From positions 1 to 64,000 of the forward strand of contig JBHLPW010000006.1 in NCBI GenBank assembly GCA_048939015.1: a DNA stretch of 64,000 bases, written 5' to 3'. Numbering within the stretch: the stretch's first letter is position 1; the number at the start of each line of letters is the position of its first letter. The position numbers and the translations under genes were made by a program. This DNA is from Promethearchaeota archaeon. GTDB taxonomy: Archaea; Asgardarchaeota; Lokiarchaeia; Sigyniarchaeales; SOKP01. The notes under the pieces are model-generated. The model did not search any database. It was not told the origin of the DNA and saw only the letters and a list, made by a program, of their open reading frames with translations. Shown piece after piece: positions 28,393-40,168 of this stretch.

Positions 28393-31300
28393 TTATTCTG
28401 GAGTAGCTCTTTTTTTTATGAAGATATATACACCAGCGATCACCACAATTCCCGCGACTATAGACACAACAACTATAACTATGATTATAGTTGGATCCAA
28501 TCCACCAGGGGGAATTTCTTTAGTTATCGTTATTTCTTCAAATGATAGATTTCCCAAGGTATCATTAGCATAGAATGTAATAGTTATTAAGCCTTCGGAT
28601 AATACTGCCCAAGCTGCTTGGTTAATACTAGTGTTTGTAGTAATAGTATAGTTGGTTAAACCTCCATCGAGAGAATACCAGATTGAGTCTAGATGAATGT
28701 CCGTAACTGTTATTAGGAAAGCGGGCGCACTAACTCCAAATTCACTTCCGGGAGCAGGTGAATTAATAACAATAATTGGTCCTGTAGCATCTTTTTCAAT
28801 ACTGACTTCAGCAGACCCAATATTTCCTGGTTTATCAGAAGCATAAAAGGTTAAAGTGATAATACCATCAGATATAGCATCCCACACGAGTTGATCGATA
28901 TTTCCAGTGAACTCGGTAAAGGTATAATTATGAAAACCACCATCAAAACTATACCACATCTCAAATAAATAAGCATCTGTTATGGTTACACTGAAAGTTG
29001 GTGCTTCCTTGCCAAATAAATCATTGTGATCGGGTGAATCGATAGTAACAGATGGTTCTTCATCATCAGCTATAGGAAAATGATCTATGCTTCCTGCAGA
29101 ACCGCTTATATTATATTGGATATCCACAATTCCATATGGGGGGGTGGTATCCGGACTAGTATGATTATCCCAGTAGTTACCAATTGTAGTACTATTCCAT
29201 TGGTTATTAGTTCCATCATCAATGGCATGTTTCACATTATTTCGAAAGAAATTCAAATAGAATGAGTTATAGCTCCCTGAGGTTAGTTCTATACCAATAT
29301 TATTATTATCTAAGACATTTTCAGTAAAGTAATTATAATCACAACTTTCTGCGAAGTATATACCAGAATCTCCGTTATTTTGTATTTTATTATCTATAAT
29401 TGTGTTATTTTCACATCCTGATTCTAATTCTATACCATAATAAATATTATTGGTAATTGTATTTTCCAAAATGGTGTTATTATAACAATTCAAGAAAAGA
29501 GACATCCCATATTCATTATTATTTACGATATTGTTGGAGATTAAATTGAAACTCGAACCTTCCTCTATACCTATTCCTTGATAGTTATAATTAACGACAT
29601 TATCTAATACTTCATTGTAGTTAGAGTCATCACCAAGTATTATTCCATATTCGTTATAATATATAATATTGTGGGATATAACATTATTATTGCAGGTTAA
29701 ATCGAAGTCTATTCCCTTTTCATCATTATTATTTATCTCGTTTTCTGAGATTATATTATAATCACAATCCTCTAAGTATATTCCATCATACTCATTGTTA
29801 TTTATTATATTCTTGGTGATAATATTATTATCACATTCATAATAGATATACATTCCACAGTCGGTATTGTTGTTTATAGTGTTTTCTGCGATAATATTAT
29901 TCTCACAATCAGTGTCAAGATATATCCCTTCATAGTTGTTGTTAAAATAGTTTCCAGTGATATTTATGTAATCACCCTCATACACATATAACCCCGCAAA
30001 ATTATCATTGTTTTCAAAAATATTTCTAAAAATAACATGGTTATTGCTATATTCTAAATATATTCCTTGATCGTTGTTAGAAAAATTATTATCAATTATT
30101 CGGGAATTATTTACGTTTTCAAAGCGAATACCTTCAGCTGAATTATATATTATGCAATTTCTAATGATAAAGTAAACATTCGAATTCCATATTTCAATAC
30201 CATTATCAATCGTGAAACCATTCATTTTAAGATTTTCAATAATATATGGATCTTGTTCTGTTCCTGATCCAGAGCACCATGGTTGGCTTTTTGCCCATGT
30301 CCAATTATTTGCACCTATACCCGTAGCAAGACCATCAATAAATATTGGAGTTTGTACCATTGGTGATGTACAATCATTATTTATTATAATATTTCCAACA
30401 CAGTCCTTCTCATAAATGCACCAATCATTATTATACAGTGTATTTTCTGAAACATTATTATAATCACTACTTTCAAGAGCAATACCTAAATCATTTCTAT
30501 TTATCATGTTTTTCTCAATATTATTATTATCACAATTATACCGTATATACATCCCAATTAGCGTATTATCCTCTACAGTATTTCCTATGATTTTATTCCA
30601 ATTGGAGTATGTAAACAAATATATCCCGAACTGTTTATTATCATTTACAACGTTTCCTGTAATATTGTTATAATTACTATAGTAATATACACGTATACCC
30701 GACAGTGTATTACCATTTGCAATATTTCCCGTGACATTATTGTAATTACAATTATCATAGATATAAATTCCAATGTTTTGCTCTATACTTTCACCCATAT
30801 TACAAGCTGTATTGTTTAAAATGACATTATGGTCGCAATGATCATCCAAATATATGCCCCAATCGCGATTATTATTGAAAGTATTATTGAAGATGTAGTT
30901 ATAATCACAATCATTGGTCAATTGTATCCCTTCTTGTTGCAGGAAAAAAGCAGAAGTCTCACTTCCATTATTGTTAATAATTTTGTTATTATCGCAGTTA
31001 TTACTTAAATAAATAGAGAAAGTTCCAGCATCACTAAAATTATTATTTATTATATTAGTACCATTGATATTATTATTTAGCCAAATTCCATAAAAATAAC
31101 ATTGAGTAGCAATGTTATTCTTGACTGTAATGTTATATGATGAATCTCCAATTAAAATTCCAGAACGTTGATTTATTTGAAAATGATTTCTTTCTATCGT
31201 AATATTATGGCATCTATTATACAAGAAAAGACCTGCTCCATTAAAACCGCCGTTAGTACACGTGTTATTAAAAATGATTCCTTTTGAACTATTTATGAGT

Positions 31301-31689
31301 TTAATTCCTCCCGCAAAATCAGGGTATAATCCCGCACCATTAGCGTTCAATATTGTGCAATTTCTTATGATAAAATAGTCATTTTTAGAATTATTAATTA
31401 GAATTCCACTTCCAGTCCCTAAACAGTCAATCGTAACATTTTCGATGATATAAGGATTATCCCATGATCCATCACCAGAACACCAACTTTTGGCAGAAGC
31501 GGTCGCTGACCAATTACCTGGAATACTCCCGTCAATATGAATAAAAAATTCATTATAACCTTTTGAACTTTCTAAATCATTCAGCGCTTTATTTTGTCCG
31601 CTGCCGAAATTGAAATAGTTATTGAAATATATTGGTAAAAGCAGACCAATGATTAATAAGCTAGCCAATTTTTTTGTTTTGAATTTCAT
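28393..31689 (-). CDS. Membrane-anchored NosD/CASH beta-helix surface protein (two beta-helix modules, two Ig-like domains)
   Basis: Signal peptide, two WC.G.G...PYIIEN caps, Asn-rich repeats, GNYWDN, two WYSxDGG domains, GGLDPT-TM-KKRATPE. Confidence 0.9.
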   Translation of the reverse strand: MKFKTKKLASLLIIGLLLPIYFNNYFNFGSGQNKALNDLESSKGYNEFFIHIDGSIPGNWSATASAKSWCSGDGSWDNPYIIENVTIDCLGTGSGILINNSKNDYFIIRNCTILNANGAGLYPDFAGGIKLINSSKGIIFNNTCTNGGFNGAGLFLYNRCHNITIERNHFQINQRSGILIGDSSYNITVKNNIATQCYFYGIWLNNNINGTNIINNNFSDAGTFSIYLSNNCDNNKIINNNGSETSAFFLQQEGIQLTNDCDYNYIFNNTFNNNRDWGIYLDDHCDHNVILNNTACNMGESIEQNIGIYIYDNCNYNNVTGNIANGNTLSGIRVYYYSNYNNITGNVVNDNKQFGIYLFTYSNWNKIIGNTVEDNTLIGMYIRYNCDNNNIEKNMINRNDLGIALESSDYNNVSENTLYNNDWCIYEKDCVGNIIINNDCTSPMVQTPIFIDGLATGIGANNWTWAKSQPWCSGSGTEQDPYIIENLKMNGFTIDNGIEIWNSNVYFIIRNCIIYNSAEGIRFENVNNSRIIDNNFSNNDQGIYLEYSNNHVIFRNIFENNDNFAGLYVYEGDYINITGNYFNNNYEGIYLDTDCENNIIAENTINNNTDCGMYIYYECDNNIITKNIINNNEYDGIYLEDCDYNIISENEINNNDEKGIDFDLTCNNNVISHNIIYYNEYGIILGDDSNYNEVLDNVVNYNYQGIGIEEGSSFNLISNNIVNNNEYGMSLFLNCYNNTILENTITNNIYYGIELESGCENNTIIDNKIQNNGDSGIYFAESCDYNYFTENVLDNNNIGIELTSGSYNSFYLNFFRNNVKHAIDDGTNNQWNSTTIGNYWDNHTSPDTTPPYGIVDIQYNISGSAGSIDHFPIADDEEPSVTIDSPDHNDLFGKEAPTFSVTITDAYLFEMWYSFDGGFHNYTFTEFTGNIDQLVWDAISDGIITLTFYASDKPGNIGSAEVSIEKDATGPIIVINSPAPGSEFGVSAPAFLITVTDIHLDSIWYSLDGGLTNYTITTNTSINQAAWAVLSEGLITITFYANDTLGNLSFEEITITKEIPPGGLDPTIIIVIVVVSIVAGIVVIAGVYIFIKKRATPE

Positions 31690-31877
31690 TTTTCCTAATC
31701 TAAAGTGTTATTAGAATATGTATTGGTAAGATACCCTCTTATATAATGATATAGGATATAACTTTCTCCAAATAAATTAATTCAAAACTTATTGTTTTTT
31801 TACTTTAAGGATTAAGCAAATAAAATATGGTTATCTAATTATACTACTATAAAAAAAAGAAATAATTTAGATAATAT

Positions 31878-34124
31878 TTATTCAGTAGATGTCCGTTTCT
31901 TCATGAAAATGTAGATGCCAGCAATTACCGCAACGGCTCCAACAATAGATACAACAACTATAATTGTAATAGTCGTAGGATCTATACCACCAGTAGGAAT
32001 TTCTTTTGTTATCGTTACCTCTTCAAAAGAGAGATTTCCTAATGTATCATTTGCATAAAAAGTAATGGTTACTGAACCCTCAGATAATACCGCCCACGCT
32101 GCCTGGTTAATGGTAGCATTCGTAGTAATTGTATAATTTGTTTCACCGCCATCAAGAGAATACCAGATCGCATCTAAGTTGTCATCTGTTACCTTAATAA
32201 TGAAAGCAGGGGCTGTAACGCCGAACTCAGCTCCAGAAGAAGGAGAATCGATTACGATAATTGGTCCTGCTGTATCTTTGAAAATTGTCACGACAGCAGT
32301 ACCAATATTTCCGGGTTTATCGGATGCATGAAACATAAGAGTAATAATTCCATCAGATGTAGCATCCCAAGTAGATTGATCGATAGATCCACTAGATCCT
32401 GTAAATGTATAGTTATGCATCCCTCCATCAAGTGAGTACCACATTTCGTGAAGATAGGTGTCTGTTATAGTCACATCGTATGCCGGAGCTTCAGTTCCGA
32501 ATACATCGCTTGAGCTAGGGGAATTAACCATGATAGATGGTTCTACATCGTCTGCAATTGGTAATAAATCCTTACTCCCTGATGACCCGCTAATATTGTA
32601 GGAGATATCGACAATTCCATCCTGTGGACTAACATCTGGACCTGTATGATTATCCCAATAATTACCAATAGTAGTACTATTCCACAAGTTTCCAGTTCCC
32701 TCATCATATGCATGTTTTCCATTTCTCAAATAGAAATTTTTAAACATTAAGTTAAAATCGTTCAATCCTAGTATATTCATTCCTATGGCGTTATTAAGTA
32801 TGATATTTTCAGTAATTTCTTGGTAATCAGAATCTTGTTCAAAATAAATCCCATTCGAACCGCTATTACAGATGGTATTACCAGTGATGCTATTGTTATT
32901 AGCATCATAGAGATACAATCCAACCTCGTTATCATTTATAGTGTTTCCTGATATGGTATTATAATTAGACGTTTCTGTCAAACGTATCCCAATCTGAGAG
33001 TTATTGCTAGCTTGATTTCCTGAAATTGTGTTATTTAAACTTTGTTCTAATGTTATTCCATAAAAATCATTATTAAAAATATTGTTCTCTACAATAGTAT
33101 TGAAATCGCTATAATATAGTTCTATTCCAATATCATTATCATAAAAAACATTATTTCTGATAAAATTATTATCGCATCCATCTTCCAAGAAAATTCCGTT
33201 ATTATTACCACTACCTGTATTTTCATCAATTTTATTATCCTCACTGAAATTTAAATATACTACTGCAACAACATTTCCATCTCCTGTATTTCCTGAAATA
33301 GTATTATTATGTGAGTAATCGAGTTCAATGCCGTTGCTTGTGTTATCGTTCAAAATATTATTTGTGACTGTATTATTATTGCTATACCATATCAGTATTC
33401 CATTGTCGTTATTATTATTGGCTTTGTTTTCATAGATCTCATTAAAATCGCTATTGCTTAATTGTATCCCATTCGAATTACTATAAAAAGTGTTGTTATA
33501 GATGAAGTTATTGTCACTTAGTGATAAGCCAACCCCATATTCGGAATTATATACGGTATTATCATATATTTCAATGGATTCGCTTTGGGAAATATAAATT
33601 GCGCCCATAGTACCATAAATTGTATTTTTAGTAAGAATAATATCCTCACATTGAGTTAACTCGATACCTATAGGCATACCATGAATAAGATTATCATTTA
33701 TTAATCCATTAGTTACATTCACTAAACTTATAGCTGATTCAAAGCCAATTGAAATGAATCCATCCCAAAAAAATGTACAATTTTCAATTATAAAATATAT
33801 ATCTTCTGAATTTTGTATATCAATTCCATCAAAGATTGAATCTATTCCTAATGTGTGCCCTTGAATTATATAAGGATTTTGTAATGTTCCTAAACCGGTG
33901 CACCACTCTTGGTTTTCTGCCCATTCCCAATTATTCCAGCTTCCAGGAAGATTATCAATTGTTATATTTTCATATGTGCCTGAAATTTTAATATTTGTAC
34001 CTATCTCAGTTTGTATAGAAATTTTAGCCTCAAAATAACCTATTGGAACAATCATGAAGCAAATTGCCATAATCAAAATCAATTCAATTATGACGATCTT
34101 CATTTTTCGTAGATTTAGTTTCAT
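31878..34124 (-). CDS. Membrane-anchored NosD/CASH beta-helix surface protein
   Basis: Same architecture with one beta-helix module; GGIDPT-TM-KKRTSTE. Confidence 0.9.
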   Translation of the reverse strand: MKLNLRKMKIVIIELILIMAICFMIVPIGYFEAKISIQTEIGTNIKISGTYENITIDNLPGSWNNWEWAENQEWCTGLGTLQNPYIIQGHTLGIDSIFDGIDIQNSEDIYFIIENCTFFWDGFISIGFESAISLVNVTNGLINDNLIHGMPIGIELTQCEDIILTKNTIYGTMGAIYISQSESIEIYDNTVYNSEYGVGLSLSDNNFIYNNTFYSNSNGIQLSNSDFNEIYENKANNNNDNGILIWYSNNNTVTNNILNDNTSNGIELDYSHNNTISGNTGDGNVVAVVYLNFSEDNKIDENTGSGNNNGIFLEDGCDNNFIRNNVFYDNDIGIELYYSDFNTIVENNIFNNDFYGITLEQSLNNTISGNQASNNSQIGIRLTETSNYNTISGNTINDNEVGLYLYDANNNSITGNTICNSGSNGIYFEQDSDYQEITENIILNNAIGMNILGLNDFNLMFKNFYLRNGKHAYDEGTGNLWNSTTIGNYWDNHTGPDVSPQDGIVDISYNISGSSGSKDLLPIADDVEPSIMVNSPSSSDVFGTEAPAYDVTITDTYLHEMWYSLDGGMHNYTFTGSSGSIDQSTWDATSDGIITLMFHASDKPGNIGTAVVTIFKDTAGPIIVIDSPSSGAEFGVTAPAFIIKVTDDNLDAIWYSLDGGETNYTITTNATINQAAWAVLSEGSVTITFYANDTLGNLSFEEVTITKEIPTGGIDPTTITIIVVVSIVGAVAVIAGIYIFMKKRTSTE

Positions 34125-34305
34125 TCTTATAACCTAAATTTAAAAGTATGTAAGCAGATATGCTTCGTTTAATTTAAATGTTGTTGGATTAATGGACTTT
34201 TAAGTAAAGACAAATTTGTACATGGAAAAAGGAAAGTGAAAAAGCTCAGTCCAAGATAAGATTTAAATAAAAGTAGATTTCATTGATAGAAAATTTAAAA
34301 ATAAT

Positions 34306-35874
34306 TTAATTTTTAATTTTATATCGGGCATTCCCATCCATTATGGCTCTATTCAGGATCAAATCGTTTACCTGCATACCAGCAAGTAATGTTGCGAAAA
34401 CACTATGGATGAATTTTGGTTGGAATAATCCTTTAATTGGCGTTCTCATTTTTAAACGAGTTCGTCCAAAGTTATCAGGATAAGGTGCCATATCATATAT
34501 AGCTCCTGAAGGTGAACCTGAGTAACGCGCATACGTTGCTGGCGTAGAGATATCCACAACTTTAATATGCTTTCTTAATTCTGGGATTAAATATTTTTCT
34601 GTTTTCTCAATGAAGAAATCCGCCCATCTTTGTTTTTTTTCATTATATTTCTCTGGATTATTTTCTCTCAATTCCGTCCAATCTTCAATCCCCATCGGTA
34701 CTATTCTCAGAGCAATATTAGGTTTGCCACCGGTGGTTAGAGAAGGGCAGATTACCCCCAGTCGGAATTTATCATCCGAATATCCTATTATACCCTTTTC
34801 CATGTCATCAAATAATCGATCATAGATATCTCCTCCTGTTGTTATTACACTATATCCACAATCTAACCCTAATGCACTTAAATCGATTTGATTGTCAAGC
34901 CCTATACTAACATTCATAGAAGAGGTTGACATCTTAACTGATTCAACTTTTTCTGCATATTTTTTATCCAAATTTCGGATGACTTCTAAATCAACCATCT
35001 CCTTCATAGCAACATTGGGATCCACCGTGGTAACTACTATATCGGAATATATTTCTTTACCATCCTTAAGTCGCACTCCTTTAGCTACTCCATTTTCTAC
35101 AAGAATTTTATCAACTTTAGTATTAAGCATTAATTCTCCTCCTAACTGAAGATATTTTTCTTCAAACTTCTTTGGAAACTCAATAAATCCCCCTTTAGGA
35201 CGGAATGCTCCATCTAATAATGAATTCATGGCAGATATTGGAACTGGTGCAGAAACCCTGTCAGCAGGTAATCCACTAAATTCAGCAAAAATGGTAAAAA
35301 TCTCGATAACATCAGGTTCAGTAATATTGAACTGAGAAAAATACTCACTGAACGTCTTTGAACCGTTTTTCACGATTTTTTTACAAGTGAATAACATCTT
35401 AAGAATTTCTGTAAATTTAGGTTCCAATTTTAACTTAAATAATTCTAAGTACATCGCTCTTGAGTAATCTAAAAAGTTTTCAATCTCAGCAGCATTATTC
35501 GGATATTTTTCCATCAAACTTTGCTTAAAATTTTCAAACCCTGATGGTAATTCAATCGTTTTCACTTCATTGGTTTTAGTATTTACTAAAAATATTCTCA
35601 TGTAATAGCCTTTATATTCCCTAAGATCGATATCAACTTTAAAGAAGTCTAATAACTCAGAAATATTAGGGATCATTTGACACGTATCGAAAATATAACC
35701 TTGTCGTTCATAAGAGGTTACATAACCACCTGTTTTCGGCTCTTTTTCTATAATTAGAACAGGTTCTTTTTTCACGTCATGATACATAGCCCATGTCAAA
35801 CCAGCACTTAAACCGGTAATCCCTCCACCAATTACTATTAATGATTTCTTATCTTTATCAACATTCACAGCCAT
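34306..35874 (-). CDS. FAD-dependent oxidoreductase, phytoene desaturase/retinol saturase-like
   Basis: IGGGITGL, EKEPKTGGY, PKGG, TPATYARY..GAIY. Confidence 0.85.
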   Translation of the reverse strand: MAVNVDKDKKSLIVIGGGITGLSAGLTWAMYHDVKKEPVLIIEKEPKTGGYVTSYERQGYIFDTCQMIPNISELLDFFKVDIDLREYKGYYMRIFLVNTKTNEVKTIELPSGFENFKQSLMEKYPNNAAEIENFLDYSRAMYLELFKLKLEPKFTEILKMLFTCKKIVKNGSKTFSEYFSQFNITEPDVIEIFTIFAEFSGLPADRVSAPVPISAMNSLLDGAFRPKGGFIEFPKKFEEKYLQLGGELMLNTKVDKILVENGVAKGVRLKDGKEIYSDIVVTTVDPNVAMKEMVDLEVIRNLDKKYAEKVESVKMSTSSMNVSIGLDNQIDLSALGLDCGYSVITTGGDIYDRLFDDMEKGIIGYSDDKFRLGVICPSLTTGGKPNIALRIVPMGIEDWTELRENNPEKYNEKKQRWADFFIEKTEKYLIPELRKHIKVVDISTPATYARYSGSPSGAIYDMAPYPDNFGRTRLKMRTPIKGLFQPKFIHSVFATLLAGMQVNDLILNRAIMDGNARYKIKN

Positions 35875-36136
35875 ATTTCACACCTATATTAATATTAAAA
35901 TATATTGTGTTATCCTTCTATAAAAGTGTTGTCAGTTTTGTATAGTGAAATTAGTTAGAGAAAAAGCTTTAGATTTCATATTGATATCTCTAAAATTTGT
36001 TTTTATATTATTTGTTAGGATAAACATGTATAGAATACGATAGATCTATTTCTGTTATGATATTATTTTTAAATTATTCTAAGGATTCACTTAAATACTA
36101 TTATTTTCTTTATTATAATGGAAAAGGGGGTGTATT

Positions 36137-36958
36137 ATGTTGAATCAAACCAAATTTAATAAGATTGATAATGAAAGTTTGGAACGAATTTGGAAAATTC
36201 GTGATTACATCCTGGAACTCGAGGATGTAAAAGATGAAATGATTGAATTTATAGGCTCTGATGTTGATATTGATAATGGAACGAGCAATATTTGGGTTTC
36301 AGACGCAAAGGAATTCTATTTTAATACAGTGACCGCGTGGGAAATGCTCCACTTTACTGTGAGGGGAATGAAAAACCATATAGATGATTCTAAAGGTTTT
36401 TTATATCGCGCAAAATCTAAACTAGCACAATCAATTAGTGAATTAAAAATATTTGAGGAAGAAAAAAAACTCACTAAATTGATAATGAAAGCAGAAAAAG
36501 CTTTTGAAAAATGTTGGGATGCTTTTCAAAGCGAGTATAAGTTAATGGAACCAGAGATAAGGATAAAAGGGCCTATTCCACGAGTAATAAAAAAAGCCAA
36601 TGATGAATACCAGCTTCCATGTTTTATTTGTGGTGAAATTGCCGTCGATTATAAAATAGGTATTGGTCAATTTGATAAAGAAAAAAAACTCCTGTATAGA
36701 GGGATTATTTGTGGTACTTCGCTTAATAAAAGATTAGCTGATAATTTGTTTAAGATTTTAGAAAATGAAGATATAGCTGGAGCTCATGAATTTATGAGGA
36801 AATACCATTCATATGAAGGCATTGATGCATACTGTCCAGAGTGCGATAAAATTTATTGTTGGAACCACTACAAATTAGAAGAAGAATGGGAAGAGGGTTT
36901 TTATGATTGTACTTATGGAGAGTGCCCAGAAGGGCATAAAAGAATGATAGATGATTAA
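36137..36958 (+). CDS. Hypothetical protein with C-terminal Cys/His-rich domain
   Basis: Helical N-terminus; CFIC, YCPECDKIYCWNH, CPEGH. Confidence 0.75.
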   Translation: MLNQTKFNKIDNESLERIWKIRDYILELEDVKDEMIEFIGSDVDIDNGTSNIWVSDAKEFYFNTVTAWEMLHFTVRGMKNHIDDSKGFLYRAKSKLAQSISELKIFEEEKKLTKLIMKAEKAFEKCWDAFQSEYKLMEPEIRIKGPIPRVIKKANDEYQLPCFICGEIAVDYKIGIGQFDKEKKLLYRGIICGTSLNKRLADNLFKILENEDIAGAHEFMRKYHSYEGIDAYCPECDKIYCWNHYKLEEEWEEGFYDCTYGECPEGHKRMIDD

Positions 36959-36989
36959 GTAATCTTCTTTTCATAAAATTTTTTTTTAA

Positions 36990-37433
36990 TTAAATATAAC
37001 CTAATTTTTTTTGAATCTCTTTTAACATCTGGAACATAAACCGATTAAGAACTTGTCTAGAGGGCCACTCCTCTTCACTCCGAAGATCAAACCAACCTAC
37101 TTCTGATATCTCATACACTTCATTAGCTTCTGGTTCTGGTTCATATCCAGGCTTTGCATTATTTGTTAGTGGTTTACATAAATAAGTCTTATATGAACAG
37201 TAAACGGTATTAGATTGTCCAGCTCTATCTAATAGTAAACGCTCAACGACTATATCGAGATTTGTTTCTTCTTTTATCTCCCTCTTTACACATTCCTCTT
37301 CAGTTTCTCCTTCTTCTCGTCCTCCACCAGGTAACAACCAATATTCAAGTCCATCTTTAAAGTGTCTATGCTTAATCAATAATATTTGGTCATCAAGGAT
37401 TACAGCACCTTGATAACGAGTAGTACGACTCAT
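36990..37433 (-). CDS. NUDIX hydrolase
   Basis: Nudix box GGGREEGETEEECVKREIKEET. Confidence 0.93.
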   Translation of the reverse strand: MSRTTRYQGAVILDDQILLIKHRHFKDGLEYWLLPGGGREEGETEEECVKREIKEETNLDIVVERLLLDRAGQSNTVYCSYKTYLCKPLTNNAKPGYEPEPEANEVYEISEVGWFDLRSEEEWPSRQVLNRFMFQMLKEIQKKLGYI

Positions 37434-37577
37434 TATAAATCTACATAAATCTAATAATTAATTTATATTTAATCATATTATATTGCTTTTAATAATCACG
37501 CATATTGATTTAATTAAAAAAGTAAGAGTATTGATAAAATTTAATAATTTAAATTTAATATTACTTCATATTATATT

Positions 37578-37850
37578 ATGTCTGACTCATCTAAAGCGGA
37601 ATCGGCAAATAAAATAAAAGCAGAGTATAACAAGAAATTGAAAAATTTAGAAGCTCAAATAGCAAGATTACATTCAGAATTAAAAAAAATTGATAGTGTC
37701 TTTACTCACGAACCTAAAAGAGTAGATCATCTGAATCTTTCTCAAGCAAAGGTAAAAAGAGCAGAATTAAACTCAATGATTAGCCAGTTAAGAAAAGAAT
37801 TAAAAAAAATCAGTAAAGAAAAAGTTAAAAAACTAAAAAATTTGAAGTAA
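37578..37850 (+). CDS. Small basic coiled-coil protein
   Basis: Lys-rich heptad pattern. Confidence 0.6.
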   Translation: MSDSSKAESANKIKAEYNKKLKNLEAQIARLHSELKKIDSVFTHEPKRVDHLNLSQAKVKRAELNSMISQLRKELKKISKEKVKKLKNLK

Positions 37851-37910
37851 TATTAGCTTAGTCAATAAGTCTTTTTCTGTTGGTTTTCTAAGCTAAGGTA
37901 ATTATACTAC

Positions 37911-38144
37911 CTAAATTAGCTTTTTCTTCTTCCTGCGGTAAATGATGAAAAATGGCAACCCAATCAATAATAAAGAGCTTGATATACTGCCCATTATAAT
38001 TCCGATATACAACCTAATCAATGGCCCATTGTAAACAATTTCGTCTTGCTCATAAGCAATATAATTTGGAAAGAAATTTCGAAGTAAAATTACTTTTATG
38101 ACCACGAGGAAAATTCCAGTTATTGTTAAAACTAACCCAAACAT
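37911..38144 (-). CDS. Small two-TM membrane protein
   Basis: Two hydrophobic helices and a basic tail. Confidence 0.5.
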   Translation of the reverse strand: MFGLVLTITGIFLVVIKVILLRNFFPNYIAYEQDEIVYNGPLIRLYIGIIMGSISSSLLLIGLPFFIIYRRKKKKLI

Positions 38145-38428
38145 GTATTTCTTTCTTATGAAATACTATCCTATTAATTGATCAAGGTCTCGCTCTAATT
38201 CATTCAATTTGATCTTATTAATATTTAAATTAAGTTTATATGGATGCTATTATTGTATAGGCAACAAGTTATAAAAAAGTTTTATTAGAATAATTCAAAT
38301 CCTACTTTTTTCTTTTCTTCCTTAACGTTATATTAAGTATAAATAGGAGTTTATACTACCATAATATTAACGATTTTCACACAAATCACACAAAAGATGA
38401 AAAATTAACCACAGGAAAAATGTAGTAA

Positions 38429-40168
38429 ATGATATTACATGAAAACATTGATAAAACTAAAGTATTAAAACTAAGTATAGTATTTGTACTAGTAATTTTA
38501 ATACTAGGCAACTTACCTACATTTAATTCTCAACTTGATAGGAACCACAAAACGCACTCTAACATCAGAGTGGCATCAGTAAACACTGAGATGGAGTTAT
38601 TTTTAAATGGTGTGGCAAAAAATGATGGGGATTCTATTCAAGCTGAGATTGATGATCTCATTAATGTCACCGTATATTATAGAGATAATATTACAAAAGA
38701 ACACATCCCTAATGCGACAGTAGAATTGGTGGGATGGGGGTTTTTAAATGAAACTAATAATCAATATTATAACATTATGATAAATGCTGCTGATTTAAAT
38801 CAAGGAGTAAATATCTTGACAATCTATGCTCAAAAAAGTGATTATGACCCCCAATCTATTCAGTTTTTAGTTATAATTGTTGAGAGAGCCACAAATCTAC
38901 AATTATTCTTGAATGGTGAGGATAAAACCCTTGATCCTACTTTTAGTCTTACAATTGGCCAAATTCTGAATATAACTGTAAAATATACTGATAATCAAAC
39001 TGGGAATCATATTACTACAGGAATCATTCAAATTATTGGAGAAGGAAGTACCTATAATTTGACTAGAAATGATATTTTGGAACAATATTCTATAATTCTC
39101 GATACTAAAGATTTGGGTATCGGAGTTAAATTATTTTCGATTGTAGCACACGCTAATAATTATCAGATTAAAACAATTGAACTAAGAATCACAGTAAGTC
39201 GAATTATTGCAGAGATAAGAACCTTATCAGGAGTTGCTCAAATTGAGGCTGAAATTGGGGATGAAGTATTACTACAAATAGTATTAAATGATAAAAGTTT
39301 TGGTGGTAATATAACTGGAGCGATTGTTACATATATCTGGGCTTATGGTCAAGGAGAACTTGAAGATCCTGATAATAACGGAATCTATGAGGTTCTTTTG
39401 GAGAATGTACGGGAAGGTTTCCACATTATAACGATAATTGCTTTTGCAGGGGAAGATTATGATTTTGAACCATATGAATTAACTTTGATAGTAATTACCC
39501 CTTCTTCATTCACGCTTATTTCCGATGCAACCATTCCGGATACCGATGGTTCATTTATCCTCATGTGGAATAATTCCATTGGAGCAGATAATTATTCAGT
39601 ATATCAATACGATAAGTATATTACAGAAATTAATGAAAGTGTAATCTCTTTAGCAAATGAAATTACCAATCTTACACTTCCTCTGAGTAATTATACAACA
39701 GGTACTTATTATTTTATAATTATTGCTTATAATAAGGGGAGGAATACTCTATCCAACTGTATTGAGATCAACGTATCGCTTCCTCTTCCAGGTTATTTTA
39801 TGTTATGGTCTAATGCAGACATTCCAGATACCGATGGCTTATTTATCCTCATGTGGAATAGTTCCAATGGAGCGGTTTATTATTCAGTATATCAATATGA
39901 TAGATATATCACAGAAATTAATGGGAGTTTAACCCCTCTAACAGAAGAGATCACCAATTTAAGTATATTTTTAAATAACTATTTGAGTGGAACTTATTAT
40001 TTTATTGTTGTTGCACATGGTGATTACGGAGATACACTTTCAAATTGTATTCTAGTTTCTGTGTTAAGGATAAAAAATGTTCCTCAAATTTCAGGTTACA
40101 ACTTATTCTTCGTAATTGTAATGTTAAGTGTTATTCTATTGATAGGGTTTAAAAAAAAGATAAAATAA
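38429..40168 (+). CDS. Surface glycoprotein with Ig-like/FN3-like repeats and a Loki-CTERM-like tail
   Basis: Signal peptide; repeated LFLNG..NITV.Y.DN units; two IPDTDG.FILMWN..GTYYFI units; ISGYN-TM-KKKIK. Confidence 0.85.
   Translation: MILHENIDKTKVLKLSIVFVLVILILGNLPTFNSQLDRNHKTHSNIRVASVNTEMELFLNGVAKNDGDSIQAEIDDLINVTVYYRDNITKEHIPNATVELVGWGFLNETNNQYYNIMINAADLNQGVNILTIYAQKSDYDPQSIQFLVIIVERATNLQLFLNGEDKTLDPTFSLTIGQILNITVKYTDNQTGNHITTGIIQIIGEGSTYNLTRNDILEQYSIILDTKDLGIGVKLFSIVAHANNYQIKTIELRITVSRIIAEIRTLSGVAQIEAEIGDEVLLQIVLNDKSFGGNITGAIVTYIWAYGQGELEDPDNNGIYEVLLENVREGFHIITIIAFAGEDYDFEPYELTLIVITPSSFTLISDATIPDTDGSFILMWNNSIGADNYSVYQYDKYITEINESVISLANEITNLTLPLSNYTTGTYYFIIIAYNKGRNTLSNCIEINVSLPLPGYFMLWSNADIPDTDGLFILMWNSSNGAVYYSVYQYDRYITEINGSLTPLTEEITNLSIFLNNYLSGTYYFIVVAHGDYGDTLSNCILVSVLRIKNVPQISGYNLFFVIVMLSVILLIGFKKKIK
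39505..40060 (+). repeat. Tandem duplication of an FN3-like domain within 38429..40168
   Basis: Near-identical DNA (gataccgatgg.t.atttatcctcatgtggaat; tattcagtatatcaata) repeated about 290 bp apart. Confidence 0.8.
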
